From: Polyangiaceae bacterium | GTDB taxonomy: Bacteria; Myxococcota_A; Polyangia; Polyangiales; Polyangiaceae | Assembly (NCBI GenBank): GCA_965222375.1 | Contig: CBDCTZ010000016.1 | Span: forward strand, 384,001 to 448,000 | DNA: 64,000 nucleotides | Direction: 5' to 3' | In this document: positions 58,148 through 64,000 of the stretch, in pieces | How positions within the stretch are numbered: position 1 is the first letter of the stretch | How the letters are laid out: every line of letters begins with the position of its first letter | Program-made: the position numbers and the translations under genes | The notes under the pieces: generated by a model | Told to the model about the DNA's origin: nothing | Seen by the model: only the letters and a program-made list of their open reading frames with translations | Database searches by the model: none

Positions 58148-58963
58148 TCAGTTGCTCAGACCGAAGCGAGCCTTGAGCCGCGCAGCGGACGGGCTCTGCG
58201 GGTTGTTGGCGAGGAAGCGTGCCGCCAACTGGCGAGCCTGCGCCTTGCGACCGCTCTGCGCGAGCAGGTCGATGCGCACCAACGTGAGCTCCGGGTACAG
58301 CCGCCCCTTGGGGAATCGGGTTCGGTACTCGGAGATGGCAGCATTGGCAGCGGCGCTGTCGCCTCGAGCCACGGCAGCTCGCGCACGCTCCAGCACGAGC
58401 AGTTCGTCTTTCAGCGTGCCCAGTTTCGCGCTGGGCGCGGCACCCGACCCTGGAAGCGTCTCGGAGTTTGCGATGGCCTTGGGCATCTGTGCACGATTGG
58501 CCCGGCTGTCTTCTGCGGCGGGGCTTTCGTTCGGTTCAGGTGCCGCGACCTGCTCGGGCTCAATAGGAGCCGCTTTCGACTGTCGTAGCGCTGCGCCGGC
58601 CTCTTCTGCGACCCCGGGCAGGGCCGCGGTCTTGGCCGCCAAGGTTGGCGCGGGCTGTGAGCCAGCGTTCAACGCGGCCTGGACTCCGACGGAACTCCCG
58701 ACGCCAAGGACCACGCCGATCCCCAACCACTTGAGCACGCCGCCGCCCAGCAAGGCGCCGCTGCCCGAGGCACCAGCCGCTCCTGCTGCCTTCGCTGCGC
58801 CTGCCGCGCCTGCCGCGCCTGCCGCTCCCGTCGCGCTCGCCGTTGCGGTGACCGCGAGTAGCACCTTTTGCACGGTCTGCGAGGACGGCTCGTCACTGTC
58901 ACCGGCGCGCAACAGCTTGCCAAGCAGCGCGTCGTCATCTCGTTGAAGGCGTTCGTCGCTCAT
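58148..58963 (-). CDS. Putative transmembrane anti-sigma factor with C-terminal TPR-like domain
   Basis: ATGA overlap with the sigma gene; Ala/Gly linker, one transmembrane helix, then ELLVLERAR...Y..RFP.G.L..E. Confidence 0.7.
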   Translation of the reverse strand: MSDERLQRDDDALLGKLLRAGDSDEPSSQTVQKVLLAVTATASATGAAGAAGAAGAAKAAGAAGASGSGALLGGGVLKWLGIGVVLGVGSSVGVQAALNAGSQPAPTLAAKTAALPGVAEEAGAALRQSKAAPIEPEQVAAPEPNESPAAEDSRANRAQMPKAIANSETLPGSGAAPSAKLGTLKDELLVLERARAAVARGDSAAANAAISEYRTRFPKGRLYPELTLVRIDLLAQSGRKAQARQLAARFLANNPQSPSAARLKARFGLSN

Positions 58964-59556
58964 GCCCTGCCTCGCTGTGAGTGAAGTCTTGTCTGCAAGC
59001 GGCTGACGTGGCTCTTGAAGTCGTCGCGCGCGGCGCGCAAACGCGATGCGGCTGTGCCTCGTGGGATCCCCAAGGTCTCGGCGATCTCCGTCAGGCTAAG
59101 CCCCTCGAACTCTGCCGCAACCAACACGGCTCGTCGCTCCAGAGGCATGCTCGCCAGAACCTGGTCGAGCAGCTGCCGGGCTCGCAATTGATCCGCAAGA
59201 GAGTCGGGGTGGGGCGTTGGATCCGACATTTCGAGCAACACGTCGTCGCTGACCTCTTGCCGCCGGCCGCGCACGGAGCGCACAGAAGACGCAATGCGAT
59301 AGGCCGTGCTGAGCAGAAACGGCCGCTCACTGCCAAATCGAATGTCGTCCAGTCGCCGCGCTGCCACCAACATCACTTCCTGTAGCGCGTCATCCGCGTC
59401 TGCTTCACCCAGGCCCAGGCGGCGCAGAAAGCGCCACACCACCCGCGAGTGCTCGGTTACCAGGCCGTGCAGACGGTCGCTCGCAGGCATTACCTGCGGC
59501 GGATTCCCAGAATAGGGGGCACTGATCACTGCTTCCGCCGCCAAGGTCACCTGCAT
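58960..59556 (-). CDS. ECF RNA polymerase sigma factor
   Basis: VWRFLRRLG, ADDALQEV, and region 4 EGLSLTEIAETLGIPRGTAASRLRAAR. Start is 59556 or 59490. Confidence 0.9.
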   Translation of the reverse strand: MQVTLAAEAVISAPYSGNPPQVMPASDRLHGLVTEHSRVVWRFLRRLGLGEADADDALQEVMLVAARRLDDIRFGSERPFLLSTAYRIASSVRSVRGRRQEVSDDVLLEMSDPTPHPDSLADQLRARQLLDQVLASMPLERRAVLVAAEFEGLSLTEIAETLGIPRGTAASRLRAARDDFKSHVSRLQTRLHSQRGRA

Positions 59557-59579
59557 ATGCGTTGCTAGGGCCAATCGGA

Positions 59580-60662
59580 TCAGAAAAAGCGCCCGCCCAG
59601 CGAAATCTCCGCCGTGGGGCTTAGCACGGCGGGTTGATACAGGTGATTTCGCGGATTCCGGAACACGTATTCGTCGCGAGTCAGCGCCAGCTGCGCTCCA
59701 GCTGCGGCATCGAGGAAGATGCGGCTGCCCAGCAGCCAAACCAGGCGCCCTCGGGCGCCCAGGGACGCCCAGGGTCGCGTCTCCGTGCGCGGCCGTGCGA
59801 TGTCCTTGCCCTCGGCCCGGACCGCACCGGCGTCCACGGCCAGACAAGGTCGCAGCACGAGAGCTTCGGCCAGCTCGAATACCAAAGGGCAGCCTTCCGC
59901 TCGCACCGCCATGAGGCGGAACGTCGCTGCTTCGAACTGCGGACCAATTGTTCCGGTTTGCGCCAGCATCGGCTGGAGACGCAACGCCAGCTGCCACGGG
60001 CCAGAAGCCTCGAACTCCAGCGCGGCGAAGGGCGCCGGTGCCAGCAACACTTTAGGGGCCGGTCCCCAGGTTGCAGCCATGGCAACGCCCACGGAAAACA
60101 CGTTGCTCGAGCTGGGCGGTTCGGGTGGGGGTGGGGGCGTGATGATTGGGGATGACGGCGGCGTCGGTGTTGCGTCCGAGGGCTTGGGCTCGTCTTGGGT
60201 TCTGCTGTCGGTTGCTTGCGTGGGGGCACTTGAGCCGTCGGCCGCAGGGTCACCCAGCGCCGCAGCTTCTGGCGTAGTGTCTGCCTGTGGATCCGCGGCG
60301 AGCGCTGCAGCGATGGCGAGAGCTACGGCCACGCTTTGGCAGGTTTCGCCGTCGATCTTGCGGACAGCCGGGGTTTGTCCTGCATCGGTGATGCGCAAGA
60401 CCCCGGCGAAGCCCTCTTCTGCAGCTTCGAGGTTGATGTCGAAATGCCGTACGGCCTCGGAGGTGCTCACCTGGACGTGCTTCGTCCGTGCGCGGATTTC
60501 ACTGACGAATTCTGAACGTGACGGGCAGCTCCGCGTCGCAACATAGCTGATCCGAATCGCCTCGGTTTCCGTCGCGTGTGCTTGCCCGATCCACGTCGAG
60601 ACCGCGGTCCAAAGGGTCAGGGTCACACCCAGTTGGTGGACGATAGATCGCATCACAGACAT
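59580..60662 (-). CDS. Secreted protein with putative C-terminal outer-membrane beta-barrel
   Basis: Signal peptide (AHA), paired Cys in the N-domain, Pro linker, amphipathic beta strands and terminal Phe. Confidence 0.65.
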   Translation of the reverse strand: MSVMRSIVHQLGVTLTLWTAVSTWIGQAHATETEAIRISYVATRSCPSRSEFVSEIRARTKHVQVSTSEAVRHFDINLEAAEEGFAGVLRITDAGQTPAVRKIDGETCQSVAVALAIAAALAADPQADTTPEAAALGDPAADGSSAPTQATDSRTQDEPKPSDATPTPPSSPIITPPPPPEPPSSSNVFSVGVAMAATWGPAPKVLLAPAPFAALEFEASGPWQLALRLQPMLAQTGTIGPQFEAATFRLMAVRAEGCPLVFELAEALVLRPCLAVDAGAVRAEGKDIARPRTETRPWASLGARGRLVWLLGSRIFLDAAAGAQLALTRDEYVFRNPRNHLYQPAVLSPTAEISLGGRFF

Positions 60663-60792
60663 CCCCGGCCGCGGATAGTTGCACTATTTGGTTGCAACAT
60701 TCACCCTAAGTCTTCAGCGATCGTTTTTTTTGTACTCCCTTCATTTTCTTCGATCCGTTGCGCGCTCCAGACGCATTAGCAGCGGAGGTTGA

Positions 60793-62001
60793 TTGATGAT
60801 TCGACACACTTCGGTAGCAACACTCGCTTTGCTCACTACGCTGGGCTGCACTTCGGAAGTTCCTCTAGGTGATGGTACTGGCGGCACCGCCGGCGCTGCG
60901 ACTGGCGGTGCAGCGGGCGCGGGCACGGGCGGCAGTGCCGGGGCGGGAACCGGCGGCACCGCGGGTGCAGCGACGGGTGGTACTGCTGGGGTCGGGGGCA
61001 CGGCTGGCAGCGGTGGTAGTGCTGGCGCCGCCGGCGGCGGTGGTACGGGTGGCGCAACGGCCTGCGTGGCGGCCGCAACTACGGGCACCCTGACAGAACT
61101 AGTGAGCGATGCCGTGAAGTTGTTTGCGGTCGCAGAAAGCGGCGACACCTTGTACTACGCTGTTGCAAACGCCAATGCGGCGACCACCCTGGGCTCCGTC
61201 AAGAAGGACGGTACTGGGCAAACGAAGATACTGGGTTCCAAGGACTCGGCTGGGTTTTTGCCCACGGTGTTGGATACCGATTCCACCCACCTGTATTGGC
61301 TCGCAGGCGGTATCCAGACCCGCGCTTATCGTCGCCCGCTTGCAGGCGGCGTGATCGAGACCATGAACTCGTCTCACATAGTTGGGTCCTCCACGGCCCT
61401 GGCGGCAACGGCATCCAAGGTGTTCTGGAGCAATGGCGGATCAGCCATCTACTCGGCGCCCAAGGGCGTGGACTTGCCGGCGCTCGCGTACAACGTAACG
61501 GCGGGTCGAATGGCTGGTATCAGCATGGCCAGCAATGGCAGCGACGTCGTCTGGGTCGAGTGGATCGATCCCAACGACACCCAAGCCTCGACGCACATCA
61601 TTCGCCAGGGCAACGAAAAGGGCGATCCGGCGAAGACGATCGCTTCGATTCCAACCTTCCACCCGGACAGCGTCAACGTTGACGCAACGGATGTGTACTA
61701 CGGCATGGGAGGCAAGGAGGTCGGCCGTCTGTCCCTCGGGGGTGGCGCGCGGACCACGTTGCACACCGGCCAGATCACCGCGCACATCGCGACCGATGCG
61801 ACCCACGTGTACTTCTTGGAGAACGACGGCTACTGTCGTGCGCTCAAGTCCGTGCCCAAGGCAGGTGGCGCTGCCGTGACGATGGCGACGGGGCTACCGG
61901 GCCCGTCCACGGGGTTTGCGCAAGGCAACAGCGTCGACGTAGATGCGACTGACGTCTTCGTCGGAACCTACGCGGGCAAGATCTTCAAGGTCTCGAAGTA
62001 A
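60793..62001 (+). CDS. Beta-propeller lipoprotein
   Basis: GGAGG ribosome-binding site, lipobox TLGC, Gly linker, and repeats of VDATDVY/DSTHLYW...VPKAGG. Confidence 0.8.
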   Translation: MMIRHTSVATLALLTTLGCTSEVPLGDGTGGTAGAATGGAAGAGTGGSAGAGTGGTAGAATGGTAGVGGTAGSGGSAGAAGGGGTGGATACVAAATTGTLTELVSDAVKLFAVAESGDTLYYAVANANAATTLGSVKKDGTGQTKILGSKDSAGFLPTVLDTDSTHLYWLAGGIQTRAYRRPLAGGVIETMNSSHIVGSSTALAATASKVFWSNGGSAIYSAPKGVDLPALAYNVTAGRMAGISMASNGSDVVWVEWIDPNDTQASTHIIRQGNEKGDPAKTIASIPTFHPDSVNVDATDVYYGMGGKEVGRLSLGGGARTTLHTGQITAHIATDATHVYFLENDGYCRALKSVPKAGGAAVTMATGLPGPSTGFAQGNSVDVDATDVFVGTYAGKIFKVSK

Positions 62002-62088
62002 GCTTGCTTGTCGCGCGGTCGCGGCGTCACGGAACTGGCCTCCGCCAAACACCGTGACGTCGCGCCCGGGCTGCCGTAGATTGCGCGT

Positions 62089-63654
62089 GTGACCGTTCGT
62101 CCTTCTCGGCGCAGTTTCCTACGCTACTCCGCATTGGCCGCAGCCAGCTCCGCGCTCGGGTGCGGAGAAGATGAACCACTACAGAAGGCCAGTGCCGTCG
62201 TGATCGGCACTGGCTTTGGCGGTTCCATCGCCGCCTATCGTCTTGCCGAGGCCGGGGTGGACGTCACGGTGCTCGAACGTGGTCGTCGTTGGCCCATCAC
62301 GGACGCGGAAGATACTTTTCCTTCCGTGCGGGTGCCGGACCGGCGTGCGGCTTGGTTCGAAGACAGGACAGTCCTGCCCGGAGCACCCAGCACGGACATC
62401 AAGCCCTACGCCGGCTTGCTCGAAATCATCCGCGGTCCGAGTTTGAATGTCATTGCCGGAGCTGGGGTCGGCGGGAACTCCCTGGTCTTCGGCGGCATCA
62501 TGATCCAGCCGACCCAGGACTTGTTCGAACGGACCTTCCCCAAAGAAGTCGTCTACGCCGAGATGGACGCCGACTACTACCCGCGGGTTCGCAAGATGAT
62601 GCGAACCGCTTCCATCCCCGACGACATCTTGAATTCGGACGCGTACGTGTCCACCCGGGTTTTCCTAGAGCAGACGAAGAAGACCGGCCTCAGTCCGGAG
62701 ATCATCGAAAACGCCATCGACTGGGACTTGATTCGCCAAGAAATCACTGGCGAAAAGAAGCCCTCGGCCATCGTCGGCGACTACAATTACGGCCTCAATA
62801 GCGGCGCCAAGAACAGCCTGGACCGGACCTACTTGGCCGAGGCCGAGAAGACGGGTCGCGTGGACGTGCGCCCGATGCACGTGGTCAAGCGCATCGCGGC
62901 GGTTGGCGGCGGGGAATATCGAGTCATCGCCGAGCGGATTGACGAAGAGGGCGAGGTGCTCGGAGTGGTCACGCTGCAAACTCGGCACTTGTTCCTCGGC
63001 GCGGGCAGCCTCGGAACCACGAAGCTCTTGCTCGGGGCTCGGGTGCGCGGAGATCTGACGAACTTGGGCCCGAGCCTTGGGGAAGGCTTTGGCAACAACG
63101 GGCAGATCATCGGAGTGCGCACGAGCGTTGGCGTCGACACGGGTGCCTTGCAGGGCGGACCCCCCGCGGCCTTCGTTCGCCAGCCGGACAACGTGCATGC
63201 CCCGATCAGCATCGAAAACGGCCCGGGGCCCTTTCCGGGTGAGTGCCAGTGTCTGATCAACATTTGCCACGGGATCCCCGAGAAGACCGGCAGCCTTGCT
63301 CTAGACGCTCAAACCGGAAACGTCGTTGCGATTTGGGACAAGGGCCACATGGCCAAGACTCAGCAGGGCTTTGACGCCACCCTGGAGGCGTTGAATCAGG
63401 CGAACGGAGGGTTTGTCATTCCCCTGGCCGGTGTCAGCGGTAGCGATACGACCTACCACCCGCTCGGGGGCGCAACGATGGGACTGGTGTGCGACTCTTG
63501 GGGTCGAATTGCGGGGCATCCCGGCTTGTATGTCGTGGACGGCGCGCTGATCCCGGGCGCCACTGGTTGCGCGAACCCGGCGCTGACCATCGGGGCCATC
63601 GCCGAGCGCTGCATGGATCGGATCCTGTCCGAGAATCTGATCCCTGGGGAGTGA
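62089..63654 (+). CDS. Tat-exported cholesterol oxidase-like GMC oxidoreductase (lipoprotein)
   Basis: SRRSFL twin-arginine motif with ALGC lipobox; VIGTGFGG, LERGRRW, GVGGNSLV, KNSLDRTYL, YHPLGG, VVDGALIPG and NPALTI..IAER. Confidence 0.85.
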   Translation: MTVRPSRRSFLRYSALAAASSALGCGEDEPLQKASAVVIGTGFGGSIAAYRLAEAGVDVTVLERGRRWPITDAEDTFPSVRVPDRRAAWFEDRTVLPGAPSTDIKPYAGLLEIIRGPSLNVIAGAGVGGNSLVFGGIMIQPTQDLFERTFPKEVVYAEMDADYYPRVRKMMRTASIPDDILNSDAYVSTRVFLEQTKKTGLSPEIIENAIDWDLIRQEITGEKKPSAIVGDYNYGLNSGAKNSLDRTYLAEAEKTGRVDVRPMHVVKRIAAVGGGEYRVIAERIDEEGEVLGVVTLQTRHLFLGAGSLGTTKLLLGARVRGDLTNLGPSLGEGFGNNGQIIGVRTSVGVDTGALQGGPPAAFVRQPDNVHAPISIENGPGPFPGECQCLINICHGIPEKTGSLALDAQTGNVVAIWDKGHMAKTQQGFDATLEALNQANGGFVIPLAGVSGSDTTYHPLGGATMGLVCDSWGRIAGHPGLYVVDGALIPGATGCANPALTIGAIAERCMDRILSENLIPGE

Positions 63655-63676
63655 CGGCCCGCCGGGTGCGCGACAA

Positions 63677-64000
63677 TCAGGGAGTGCAATTGTCGGCTGA
63701 GATGCCAATGGTGTTGGTGCACCCGAGATTTGGACCGTTTTGGCTGGTCACGTCCACCACCGCCCCACACTTGCCCGTGTTGGTCTGACAGCAACCCGGG
63801 AAGAACTCCTGCTGGCTCGTCAACGGATTGGTGTACGGAAAATCTGGACACGACGCATTTAGATTGCCCGGAACGTTCAACGGGTAGCAGCCCGTGGGCA
63901 CGCCGCCGAGCAAGCCGGCGATAGTGGCGTCCACTTCTGCGCCGCAACCGGGCTCGCCAGGAGGGCAGCACCCAGCCACGTTGATTACGCCGCCAACAAG
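63677..64000 (-). CDS. 3' part of a Cys-rich secreted protein (truncated by the window edge)
   Basis: Frame is open to the window end; two GCC....CG repeats. Confidence 0.6.
   Translation of the reverse strand, partial: LVGGVINVAGCCPPGEPGCGAEVDATIAGLLGGVPTGCYPLNVPGNLNASCPDFPYTNPLTSQQEFFPGCCQTNTGKCGAVVDVTSQNGPNLGCTNTIGISADNCTP

Overview
GC-rich bacterial chromosomal window, most consistent with Myxococcota (Polyangiaceae-like). This is inferred from MYXO-CTERM proteins, many Cys-rich and Gly-linker lipoproteins, a Ser/Thr kinase-TPR module, Uma2 paralogs and ECF sigma cassettes. About 55 genes: housekeeping enzymes (hppA, manA, gdhA, chaC, leuA-like, radical SAM, YtoQ), two ECF sigma/anti-sigma cassettes, many secreted or surface proteins, a kinase-TPR-binding protein-cytochrome cluster and a Tat-exported cholesterol oxidase-like enzyme. 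Most notable observations: (1) an acidic pentapeptide-repeat gene translationally coupled to a MORC/GHKL ATPase gene; (2) a dispersed palindromic REP-like repeat family including a 72-bp tandem array; (3) two Uma2 paralogs in direct orientation that share a sigma54-like promoter motif; (4) a nucleotidyltransferase two-gene toxin-antitoxin-like module; (5) an orphan N4C-type methyltransferase with a histone-like tail and a duplicated 3' end; (6) repeated leaderless-type promoter architecture; (7) a doubly frameshifted chimeric lipoprotein gene. No rRNA, tRNA, transposase, integrase, cas gene or true CRISPR array was recognised. All calls come from reading motifs by eye; no database searches were run.
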